Part shown: piece after piece, positions 9,670 through 18,187 of the stretch
Position numbering within the stretch: position 1 is the stretch's first letter
How the letters are laid out: each line of letters starts with the position of its first letter
Source of the DNA: a virus
Taxonomy: Duplodnaviria; Caudoviricetes
Virus record (IMG/VR): IMGVR_UViG_3300025513_000008
Span: 1 to 56,422 of that record
Reading direction: 5' to 3' (one strand)
Length of the DNA: 56,422 bases
Notes under the pieces: model-generated
What the model was told of the DNA's origin: nothing
The model's database searches: none
Seen by the model: only the letters and a program-made list of their open reading frames with translations
Program-made: the position numbers and the translations under genes

Positions 9670-10589
9670 TATTCAATAGCCATAAATTTATTTGACATAC
9701 GCATAGGATTTTGATAAATTGTTTTAAAGAACTTGCTCTGCTGTACGTCTAGTGGCTGTTCTGCAATAGGAATATCTAAATCATTTATAAGTGACGCACC
9801 TAATCCCATGATTTCGTAAGGCAGCATATCTTCAGTAATTTTACTGTATTCATTTTTCCAAAGACTATTAAGGTACTCGAAGTCTCTTACTTGTACAAAA
9901 TCCCAATCGGTACACATTGTTTTATATAAGCCTTCACGGGCTCCGTAGATTGCCCAGTTACCATTTTTAACATCAGTGCCTACCATTAACCATATGTACA
10001 ACCGATGCAAATTCTTCCAATGTAATTGTTTAAATTCTTGTTTAGTAACTTTCATGCCACGATCGAGTGCCATTTTAACACCTTCTCGAAATCCTGCTCT
10101 CCATGCTTGTTGCGGAGTATGGTTATTATGGACATCACAATAAGTTCCTTCCATTTGAATATATTCAGTGTTCCAACAAAAATCTACCTGTGCATGAATA
10201 TTATTAGGATCTGCATTTTCGTGTGTACGCATATTAAGTACATACTCTTTAGGCCAACATTTTAAACCGCCGTTACCGTATATTAATCCATTAATAATGT
10301 TTTTCCCTGCCCAGCTAATTACACTGCTAGTTAAATCAGCATGTTCGTCGAAGTCAATTTCTTGATTTAAGAATTCTGCTTTAATGCGATTGTCTCCATC
10401 AACAGTAATAAATCTGTCTGTTTCGCTTAATCTTGCACATGCTTTGTGTGCTGCATCTGAACCTTCTACACCGTGTACACGTTTTGCCCACGGTACTTTC
10501 TTACACAAGTCTGCATAGTTTTGTTCTGCATTTGGTTCGTCGTAACTTAAATAAATGATATCATAGTCTATTGGTTTGAATTTAGCCAT
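9669..10589 (-). CDS. GT-A-fold glycosyltransferase-like protein (paralog of 4432..5115)
   Basis: DIIYLSYDEP, DAAHKACA, ITVDGD (DxD), YGNGGLKCWP, WRAGFREGVKM. Start placed at MAKFK (10589) rather than 10616. Confidence 0.65.
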   Translation of the reverse strand: MAKFKPIDYDIIYLSYDEPNAEQNYADLCKKVPWAKRVHGVEGSDAAHKACARLSETDRFITVDGDNRIKAEFLNQEIDFDEHADLTSSVISWAGKNIINGLIYGNGGLKCWPKEYVLNMRTHENADPNNIHAQVDFCWNTEYIQMEGTYCDVHNNHTPQQAWRAGFREGVKMALDRGMKVTKQEFKQLHWKNLHRLYIWLMVGTDVKNGNWAIYGAREGLYKTMCTDWDFVQVRDFEYLNSLWKNEYSKITEDMLPYEIMGLGASLINDLDIPIAEQPLDVQQSKFFKTIYQNPMRMSNKFMAIE

Positions 10590-11880
10590 TAATAACCTCG
10601 TGTGAATAGTTTTCAAAATATTTTGCTGTATATATACTTACGTCGGCTTCACTATATTCGATGTCGTATTTGAACGGAATCGAATGTACAACATCTGATA
10701 GTAAATCGGACATTATACATTCTAAACTTCTATAAAGAATATTTGGGTCAAACTTTGACGTAACACTAAAATATAATGTTTCTTTAGGATTATAACCACT
10801 TCGACGTAAGAAACGTTTTGTATCTAGATTTAGCTCAAGTTCCCAAACACCTTGGTTAATATTTTGACAAACTCTAATATCACTAGCTTTTTTATTCTTA
10901 AAATCGTTAACTTTATATAAATTATTATTATTTAAAATAATATCTCCTGTAGTAATATCATTGTCTAGTTGTAATAATTTATTAGCATCAGAATATAATT
11001 TTACATTTTCTACTATTATACAACAGTTAGATTTTTTAAAATTTGTGTTTTCTGTTTGATCTTTTTTAAATTTATATACTGTATTTTTATACCATACATG
11101 CTGTCCTGCTAGATGCGATAGTTCTTTATACCAAACATCTATGTAAATTCCAACATATACTGGCGTTGTAAGTATTGATACTGCATCAATCACAGTGTTT
11201 ACAGAACGTTCTTGGTTAATATTTTGACAAACTCTAATATCACTAGCTTTTTTATTCTTAAAATCGTTAACTTTATATAAATTATTATTATTTAAAATAA
11301 TATCTCCTGTAGTAATATCATTGTCTAGTTGTAATAATTTATTAGCATCAGAATATAATTTTACATTTTCTACTATTATACAACAGTTAGATTTTTTAAA
11401 ATTTGTGTTTTCTGTTTGATCTTTTTTAAATTTATATACTGTATTTTTATACCATACATGCTGTCCTGCTAGATGCGATAGTTCTTTATACCAAACATCT
11501 ATGTAAATTCCAACATATACTGGCGTTGTAAGTATTGATACTGCATCAATCACAGTGTTTACAGAACGTTCTTTTTTCATAGGGAGCAAATACGTCATAG
11601 CATCTGCGGTATTATAACTATCATCAAACTCGACTTCTTTTAATCGAATTTGTTTAATACTAAGATCATAAATTATTATAAATTCTTCTGTTCGGCGTTC
11701 GCCTGTTAAAATTGGCTTTACTTCTTCATTTGAAAGTGTTATAATTTCATAAGTGTCGTCAGGTATCTTAGACGAACTAATCTTATGTATCTTTCCAGTA
11801 TCCTTATCGTAATATACATAAGACTCATGATTTGCTTTTTCTACTTGAATTTTTTTAATTAAATCGTGTAAACTAGACAT
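10582..11880 (-). CDS. Hypothetical protein containing a perfect 120-aa internal duplication
   Basis: 432-aa ORF overlapping both neighbours by 8 nt; ERSVNTV...VCQNINQ occurs twice. Confidence 0.75.
   Translation of the reverse strand: MSSLHDLIKKIQVEKANHESYVYYDKDTGKIHKISSSKIPDDTYEIITLSNEEVKPILTGERRTEEFIIIYDLSIKQIRLKEVEFDDSYNTADAMTYLLPMKKERSVNTVIDAVSILTTPVYVGIYIDVWYKELSHLAGQHVWYKNTVYKFKKDQTENTNFKKSNCCIIVENVKLYSDANKLLQLDNDITTGDIILNNNNLYKVNDFKNKKASDIRVCQNINQERSVNTVIDAVSILTTPVYVGIYIDVWYKELSHLAGQHVWYKNTVYKFKKDQTENTNFKKSNCCIIVENVKLYSDANKLLQLDNDITTGDIILNNNNLYKVNDFKNKKASDIRVCQNINQGVWELELNLDTKRFLRRSGYNPKETLYFSVTSKFDPNILYRSLECIMSDLLSDVVHSIPFKYDIEYSEADVSIYTAKYFENYSHEVING
10851..11573. repeat. Perfect 360-bp direct tandem duplication (10851-11210 = 11211-11570, plus 3 bp)
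   Basis: Sequence lines 360 bp apart are identical by eye across the span; identity ends at 10850 and 11574. Confidence 0.95.
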
Positions 11881-12715
11881 TATTTAACATCCTATAACGT
11901 GATATCGCGGGTGACTTTTCTAAAAAATCTTTTTCGGTATAATGTAATATTCCTGTTTGTAAATAATTTCCTATTTTTAAACTTCCGTTCTTAGAAATAT
12001 ATACACCTATTTGATCTTGCCAATTAGTTTGGACTGTGCTCCAACCTTGACAATGTGACTTCATATGCGTAAAACTAGGAAATTTTACAATATTATTTGT
12101 AATTTTTTCTTCGCAGTCTAATATTTTTGTAGTAATAGCAGCACACACATCTATGCTCATATGCTTAGGACAACTACGTTCATTTAAGTGTTGTTCATAG
12201 AACGCTTTCCAATTATTCATTACAAATTCTAACCAATGATAAAATTCTTGTGCAAATTCACACTTTTTAAAATAATGTAATCCGCTAAATAAATTAGGCA
12301 AATTATTGTCTATAAATGTTTTTCTATAGTAACTAGTATCTGCGCTGTCGCCTCTATAGTTTAATACATTGCTTGTAAAAAATAATTCATAATTTGATAA
12401 AAATTTCCACCATATATCAATATTTTGTAGTACTAACATATCAGTGTCCATTACAATAGTTTCTTTATATGGACTACAATAATAGATTTTCCATCTATTT
12501 TCAATTTTCCAATCTGAATCTTTAGCCTTATCTCCAAACGGAATAGGAATAATTTGATCAAATAAATTTACATATTCTGCCGGTATATTATCATCTGTAA
12601 CTAGACTTATTGGTACTGTATTATGTATTTTTAAACTCATTGCTAAAAGACATGCTTGATCCACATAATTGTCAACACTATTATTTTGCGCAAGAACTAT
12701 AATACCTTTACTCAT
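11873..12715 (-). CDS. GT-A-fold glycosyltransferase (GT8/GT71-like), paralog of 12708..13559
   Basis: KGIIVLAQN...YVDQACLLA.SLK, SPYKETIVMDTD (DxD), SGLHYFKK, HMK. Start placed at MSKGII (12715). Confidence 0.7.
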   Translation of the reverse strand: MSKGIIVLAQNNSVDNYVDQACLLAMSLKIHNTVPISLVTDDNIPAEYVNLFDQIIPIPFGDKAKDSDWKIENRWKIYYCSPYKETIVMDTDMLVLQNIDIWWKFLSNYELFFTSNVLNYRGDSADTSYYRKTFIDNNLPNLFSGLHYFKKCEFAQEFYHWLEFVMNNWKAFYEQHLNERSCPKHMSIDVCAAITTKILDCEEKITNNIVKFPSFTHMKSHCQGWSTVQTNWQDQIGVYISKNGSLKIGNYLQTGILHYTEKDFLEKSPAISRYRMLNNV

Positions 12716-13559
12716 CTGCAAACTCCTTGTCAATCATTCTACCAAGGCTAAATTTATTCATTACGTGAATATTTTGATTAGTTGTCTTTAAAGTTGTGTA
12801 TTCTCCGAGATAATCTTTCTTTTCTACTAAAAACATCATCTCATTGTTTTTTAATTGCCATAATATATCTTTGTCGGTAGTATACATCATACTTCCAGGT
12901 AACTGTTGTGCAAAGTTTCCTTGCTGGAACCCATTCATTATGTGAATAGCAATACTAAAAGCAAAATCGTTTCTAAACAGTGAAGATTTTATTTGGTAAA
13001 CACGTCTATAATGATTCCATTCTTCTTCTATATGAGCTACAAGATCAAAAAATATTTTGTTAACGCTTGTTTTTCTAAAAAATATAACAGTAGCCCAATA
13101 AAAATCAACACTAGTATCACTAATTTTATCAAACTCTTGTTCATCACGAACTTTTGCTATATCATTTGATTTTTTATAAATTAAAAAATCTGAAGACGCT
13201 GTAAACACAGATTTTAATAAATTGTTAGATATAATATAATCTGTATCCATTAATAATGTTTCATCATAAGGACTAATATCGTAAACACTTGCACGATTTG
13301 CATTTTTAAAACTAGCTGTTTTTTTACTTAGTGTTCCGTCAAAAAAGTATCGCATATTAGATTCTTCTGTATAATCTAATTCGATAAGTTGATCAAAGTC
13401 GTCAGCGCCAAATGTAGAATTTAAATAATCTATACTGTCAGTAGCAACACTCACAGGAACATCTAAATGTTTTTTTATTCTTCTTGCAAGAAAGACTGCT
13501 TGTTTAACATAATCAATGTATCCGTTATTTCTTGCAATTAAAAATACACCTTTAGTCAT
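12708..13559 (-). CDS. GT-A-fold glycosyltransferase (GT8/GT71-like)
   Basis: KGVFLIARN...YVKQAVFLA, SPYDETLLMDTD (DxD), WATVIFFRK, RNDFAFSIA, HVMNK. Confidence 0.7.
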   Translation of the reverse strand: MTKGVFLIARNNGYIDYVKQAVFLARRIKKHLDVPVSVATDSIDYLNSTFGADDFDQLIELDYTEESNMRYFFDGTLSKKTASFKNANRASVYDISPYDETLLMDTDYIISNNLLKSVFTASSDFLIYKKSNDIAKVRDEQEFDKISDTSVDFYWATVIFFRKTSVNKIFFDLVAHIEEEWNHYRRVYQIKSSLFRNDFAFSIAIHIMNGFQQGNFAQQLPGSMMYTTDKDILWQLKNNEMMFLVEKKDYLGEYTTLKTTNQNIHVMNKFSLGRMIDKEFADE

Positions 13560-13902
13560 AGTTAACTAGTTTCTCTACAGTTCTATTCTTTTTTAACTGT
13601 GCATATTCAGTATAATATTTATTAGATGCAGTGGCATATGTGTTCATAATTTCGTTAAGGAATGTATTAATATCCTCAATAAAACAAGGAATATTATTAT
13701 CATCTGTAATAACAACGTCGTCTTGATCTGCTGATACCATTACACTTACAAACGTAATTAATTCACGAGTAATCGTAAACTGCGATCCGTTATAAAAGTG
13801 TATTAATGATTCTTGATATTTTTCTGCTAACAATCTTTTTTGATTGTTGAGTGTTAGCATATAATTAGAAAAGTTTAATGCTTTTTCTAAACGTTCATCC
13901 AT
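13552..13902 (-). CDS. Hypothetical protein (116 aa; possibly tail-fibre assembly chaperone-like)
   Basis: GGGAG SD and a consensus promoter upstream; function inferred only from size and position. Confidence 0.6.
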   Translation of the reverse strand: MDERLEKALNFSNYMLTLNNQKRLLAEKYQESLIHFYNGSQFTITRELITFVSVMVSADQDDVVITDDNNIPCFIEDINTFLNEIMNTYATASNKYYTEYAQLKKNRTVEKLVNYD

Positions 13903-13928
13903 AAGTATACTCCCAGTTATAGTATACT

Positions 13929-13957
13929 ATTATATATTTAATTTAAGAATTTGTCAA
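13929..13957 (-). promoter_or_regulatory. Perfect sigma70 consensus promoter TTGACA-N17-TATAAT driving the enzyme island; TAAATA motif in the spacer
   Basis: Minus strand reads ttgaca aattcttaaattaaata tataat in the 13903-13968 intergenic gap. Confidence 0.85.
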
Positions 13958-13968
13958 GAAGAGACTGG

Positions 13969-14589
13969 TTATATTTTATTTAGATAACCATCTAAGAACA
14001 CTTGTTTACAGTTTTCAACGTGCTGCTTATCTGTACATGCAAAAGTTATTATCGTGTGTCTTGTGCCGGCTTGTATCTCAAAGACTCCATGAGTGTCTTC
14101 AATGCCTGCTCTATGTATAGCACAAGTAGTCGGAGTTGGTTTAAGTTTTATATCGTGATTTTTGTAAAATAATTCTCCGCCTTTAAAATTATCATTTAGA
14201 TACAGAACAATTCCATGAGATCTCCAAGGCGAAGCATTTGGTGTTTTTCCATCTTGTTCTATATTATCAGCATGCGGAGGATCTAAATTATCACCTTCTA
14301 ACCAACGAGAATACATAGGCAGTTCTAACCAAATATTATTATTGTTTTCTAGTTCTCTAATTTTATTTTGAATCTTATCAGCTATTTGTAAAATAAGAGC
14401 ATGCTCATCTTTATAATTTTGCACAATTGTGTGCATATGAATGTTACGCTTGTCCCATCTTGGAATATTACATTTAACTGCTTCAAATAATTTTTGATTG
14501 TTTACTGCTAGATCTAATAGAGTTTTACACTCGGTGTTAGAAATAAAATTGTTTATTATGTTAGGGTATTGTGTTACAATGTTTGGCAT
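13969..14589 (-). CDS. 2OG-Fe(II) dioxygenase, prolyl 4-hydroxylase-like
   Basis: INNFISNTEC, PPHAD (HxD), IVLYLNDNFKGGELF, distal His in THGV, 2OG-binding Arg in GTRHTI. Confidence 0.85.
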   Translation of the reverse strand: MPNIVTQYPNIINNFISNTECKTLLDLAVNNQKLFEAVKCNIPRWDKRNIHMHTIVQNYKDEHALILQIADKIQNKIRELENNNNIWLELPMYSRWLEGDNLDPPHADNIEQDGKTPNASPWRSHGIVLYLNDNFKGGELFYKNHDIKLKPTPTTCAIHRAGIEDTHGVFEIQAGTRHTIITFACTDKQHVENCKQVFLDGYLNKI

Positions 14590-14592
14590 GTA

Positions 14593-17202
14593 TTATGACG
14601 ACACACTAACTGAAGCTGATGCCGATCCGCTGCTGGTAGTAATTGTTGCCGACCACGTACCAACAATGCCTAATTGACCAGATGCGCTGCCAGTTAATGC
14701 TCCTGAAAGCGCTGCTGTTGATTGTGGACTTGTTAATGTTACAGATGCCGATGATGCTCCGTTTGCGTTCCATGATATTGTATATGTTGTACTATTAATA
14801 GTACCCGATCCGGGACTAAAACTAATACTTGGTGCTGGAGGCGGTGGAGGTGGTGGTGGAGGTGGTGGAGGTGGTGGAGGTGGTGGAGGTGGTGGAGGTG
14901 CAGCCTGGGCCGAGACATTAACTGAGGCTGCGGCTGATCCGCCGTTAGTAGTAATAGTTGCCGTCCATGTGCCAACAATTCCTAGTGTACTTGTTATTGT
15001 GCTGCTTGCATCGTTGAATACAGATTGTTGTCCATCCGCTGCCCGTAATATTACTGTAGTGGCGCCTGCGCCATTGTCGTTCCATGATAATGTATATGAT
15101 GTACTATTAATAGTGCCTGAGCTAGGACTAAAACTAATACTCGGTGACGGCAATGGTGGTGGAGGTGGTGCAGGTGGAGGTGGTGCAGCCGGTTGCACCT
15201 CTACTGATCTAGTAACTGTGCCGCCGGGTGTTTCAAATCGTGCAGTCCACGTTCCAACAATTCCAAGTGTTTCAGTTGTTGAGCCGCTTGCATCATTATT
15301 GACACTTTTGACACCATCTGGTCCTGTAACACTAACTTCTTTTTGGAATGTAGAGTATAGTCCGTAATTGTCATTCCACGTAAGTGTATAAGGAGTACTG
15401 TTAATAGTACCTGTGGACGGTGTAAAGCTGAGACTAGGTGCCGGATAACTCTGAGTAGCGCTACCACTAAATGTTATTGTTTGCACACTGCCGCTAGTAA
15501 TAACTAGCCCAAATGCAACAGTAGCAGAACTAATTGGTGAGTTAGGTGTAAAACTGACAGTATGTGTGCGTGATTGACCGGCTGATATAGACTGTCTTAT
15601 TGTAGCAACATTAGACACACCGTCAACATACATATCCCAGCCTTGATAAGATTGTGTTTCTTGAAGGTCATATACACCGCTTCCAGACGAACATGTTACT
15701 GTTACTGTCTGAGTTACAGGAGTTCCAACAGGAACATTAAAATTAACACTAGTAGGTGATAAAGATATTGCAAAGGCTGCCGGAGGTGGTGGAGGGTTGA
15801 CGACTGGCGGCGGAGGCGGTGGAGGTGGTGGAGGGTTGACGACTGGCGGTGGAGGCGGTGGAGGTGGTCCAGGTGTTTGACTAGTGTCATTGATTGTTAT
15901 CAAACTCGATGTTGCTACAATTGTTCCGCTTGTAGATCCTGATCTTATATTTAATCTAAACGATTCAATGCCTTCAGTTGTAGCATCAGATGTTAGCGTT
16001 CTAACAATTGAAGCAGTGTTACTATTAATAGTAAATGATCCGCTGTTTACTCCGTCAATAAAATCACTATTATTAACTGTACCCGACTCTACCAGTGTAG
16101 TCCAATATAGCGTAGTACCAGTAACTACATTAGATGTAGTAACAGTAAAAGGCACACTACTGCCTTCGTTAACTGACGTTACGCCTAGAGATACTGCATA
16201 AGACGGTACAGGGGCACCGTCTAGTGCCTTTATATTTGTTCCAATAGGATCATTTTCTATAAGTACCGCAGGGTGCAGCGTTCCGTTGATTGTAATTTCA
16301 CTGTCAGGCGTAGCTGTTTGAACATTGCTATTAAATGTACCAAACACAACCTCGTCAATTCCGTAAGTAAGATCATTTGGACGGCCGTCTATAAATTCTA
16401 CTTTAAATAGTATCTTTGATGTTCCGTCCGTAGTTGCAGAATTAGCAGCATAAACTCTATATTCATTGCGTGCATATACTGCGCCGCCGGTTCTAGTGTA
16501 TATTAATTGATATGTAGATGTGAGATCATAATTTCCTATACTAGATCCTGTACCAACTGCTGCATTATTAACAGTTTCATTAGCTTTAAAACTAGTAGTT
16601 CCCATAGAATTTAAAATAGTTTGCCAGTCAACTGTCTTTGCTTGACTTCCAGTATAATCTACACTAGCACTTAGTCTAATTTCGCCGCCTGCATTGAAAA
16701 AGTGTCGTCGTTCTACTTCGTTAACGAAAGTCATTGTAAAGATATGACTAATTGTACCGCCCCAGGTACCTGTACTACTAGACCGAGTGCTACTTGCTAG
16801 TGGCGCTGCTGTTAATCGTAAATTATTAGGATCTACTAAAAATCTGTCAGTTGCTAAACTAGTTGCTAATGATTCTAATCCTAAAACATAAGCTTCTTCG
16901 ATTTTATCAGCAGTTGCAGTATTAGTTTCATAATCACCTATTACAAATTCGTTAATAGAAACAGCAGCGCCAGCTTGGTGAGATCTTGCTCTAATTAAAT
17001 CAATGTATAAATCTTCGTAATCTTGTGCTGTTACTTTATCAGCATCTACAGGTTGAACTGTTGAACGTGTTCCAATTTTGCTATTTGTACTAAAACCTTG
17101 TCCGTAACCATAGGTAGGTGCGCCAGTACTAGATTGTCCTAGTACTAGATTTACACTGTTTCTAAGTGTGTTATATCTGCTGGCTAATATTGTTACTGAC
17201 AT
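14593..17202 (-). CDS. Tail-fibre-like virion protein with polyproline linkers and three repeated beta-rich domains
   Basis: N-terminal ~300 aa paralogous to 17262..18185 (GYGQ, FFNAGGEIR, GSSIGNYDLTS); Calx-beta-like SVNEGSSVPFTVTT; Pro tracts; 3x PSxSFxPxxGTINSTxYTxxWN...LGIVGTW. Confidence 0.75.
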   Translation of the reverse strand: MSVTILASRYNTLRNSVNLVLGQSSTGAPTYGYGQGFSTNSKIGTRSTVQPVDADKVTAQDYEDLYIDLIRARSHQAGAAVSINEFVIGDYETNTATADKIEEAYVLGLESLATSLATDRFLVDPNNLRLTAAPLASSTRSSSTGTWGGTISHIFTMTFVNEVERRHFFNAGGEIRLSASVDYTGSQAKTVDWQTILNSMGTTSFKANETVNNAAVGTGSSIGNYDLTSTYQLIYTRTGGAVYARNEYRVYAANSATTDGTSKILFKVEFIDGRPNDLTYGIDEVVFGTFNSNVQTATPDSEITINGTLHPAVLIENDPIGTNIKALDGAPVPSYAVSLGVTSVNEGSSVPFTVTTSNVVTGTTLYWTTLVESGTVNNSDFIDGVNSGSFTINSNTASIVRTLTSDATTEGIESFRLNIRSGSTSGTIVATSSLITINDTSQTPGPPPPPPPPVVNPPPPPPPPPPVVNPPPPPAAFAISLSPTSVNFNVPVGTPVTQTVTVTCSSGSGVYDLQETQSYQGWDMYVDGVSNVATIRQSISAGQSRTHTVSFTPNSPISSATVAFGLVITSGSVQTITFSGSATQSYPAPSLSFTPSTGTINSTPYTLTWNDNYGLYSTFQKEVSVTGPDGVKSVNNDASGSTTETLGIVGTWTARFETPGGTVTRSVEVQPAAPPPPAPPPPPLPSPSISFSPSSGTINSTSYTLSWNDNGAGATTVILRAADGQQSVFNDASSTITSTLGIVGTWTATITTNGGSAAASVNVSAQAAPPPPPPPPPPPPPPPPPPPPPAPSISFSPGSGTINSTTYTISWNANGASSASVTLTSPQSTAALSGALTGSASGQLGIVGTWSATITTSSGSASASVSVSS
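14836..14898 (-). repeat. Trinucleotide-type repeat encoding 21 consecutive prolines
   Basis: 63 bp of (ngg)n on the plus strand, largely (tggtggagg)n. Confidence 0.95.
15782..15868 (-). repeat. 39-bp-period tandem repeat encoding (Pro)n-VVN units
   Basis: gggttgacgactggcgg recurs with period 39 (ttgac at 15797 and 15836). Confidence 0.85.
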
Positions 17203-17224
17203 GTATCATCTCTTTTTGTTTTAG

Positions 17225-17230
17225 TATTTA
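17225..17230 (-). promoter_or_regulatory. T4-type late promoter motif (ATAAATA) upstream of the polyproline fibre gene
   Basis: Intergenic TAAATA ~22 nt before the ATG at 17202; gp55 is encoded in the window. Confidence 0.55.
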
Positions 17231-17261
17231 TTTAAAAATATCCTGTACACAAAAAGTTTGA

Positions 17262-18185
17262 TTATGCCAGTGTTTTGTTGTTAAAATACGACGGAGCAGC
17301 AACAACAACATCGCCGTTAGCTCGATAGTGTTGTACTACACTTTCAAGTCGTCCGTCGACATTATTATCAATGTTGTTATCAAACACTATATCGTTAAAT
17401 TCAATTCTAAAAATAATACGTGTGTCAATATCTGAACGGGCTTTAACAGTATAAATGTTTCCTGCATATATTGCACTATATGTTCCGCTGCCGATTTTCT
17501 GATAGATATTTTGATATGCACTTGTTAGGTCATAATTGCCAATTGAACTTCCGCTGCCTGTTGTGGAAACAGTTGTTTCTGAATTGAATTTAATTGTACC
17601 GACTTGTGAGCATAATTGGGCCCAGTCTAGCCCCTTAGGAGTACTTGCACTAGTATTATTTGCGCTAATTCTAATTTCGCCACCGGTGTTAAAAAAGAAT
17701 CTTCGAGCATTTGCAGAACTAAAAGTAACTGCTACTTCGTGATATATTAACCCGTTCCATGTGCTGCTTCTAGCACTTGATATTGCAGGTTCTAATGCAG
17801 CTTGCGTAGGATGCATTACTGCTTTATCTGCTTGTACTTGCGTTATAAGTGTTTCAAAGTCTACAACACCTTTCTTAAATCCGTCCGGATCAATAATTGT
17901 TACCCCTGCATCATTAATAAAGTTACTGGTGTTTTCTGCAACTATGTTTAAGTTTTGAATAACTTGAGCAATTCCGATATCGCCGGGTCCTACTTGATGC
18001 ACTCTTGCTTTGAGAATATCTGCATATATAGTATTCATATCGTCAGCTTCAATTACATCGCCGGTATTATTAACTGGAGTACTAGACACTAGTTGACCGT
18101 ATCCGGTTTGTCCTGATCCTGTTCCTAATATTAGTGCAATACTAGATTGCAAGTTATTAATTCGTGCTGCTGTAATATTTGCCAT
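17262..18185 (-). CDS. Virion structural/tail-fibre-associated protein
   Basis: Paralog of the N-terminal domain of 14593..17202; lies in the fibre cluster. Confidence 0.7.
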   Translation of the reverse strand: MANITAARINNLQSSIALILGTGSGQTGYGQLVSSTPVNNTGDVIEADDMNTIYADILKARVHQVGPGDIGIAQVIQNLNIVAENTSNFINDAGVTIIDPDGFKKGVVDFETLITQVQADKAVMHPTQAALEPAISSARSSTWNGLIYHEVAVTFSSANARRFFFNTGGEIRISANNTSASTPKGLDWAQLCSQVGTIKFNSETTVSTTGSGSSIGNYDLTSAYQNIYQKIGSGTYSAIYAGNIYTVKARSDIDTRIIFRIEFNDIVFDNNIDNNVDGRLESVVQHYRANGDVVVAAPSYFNNKTLA

Positions 18186-18187
18186 TT

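Noticed and set aside
10851-11573. Repeat pair as DGR template/variable region or CRISPR array
   Set aside because: Copies are identical and directly adjacent: no adenine-specific differences, no spacers, and no reverse transcriptase or cas gene in the window.
14739-14978. 79-aa ORF with a His/Leu repeat (HLHHLHHL...)
   Set aside because: Alternative-frame reading of the proline-codon repeat inside the fibre gene; no independent start signals.
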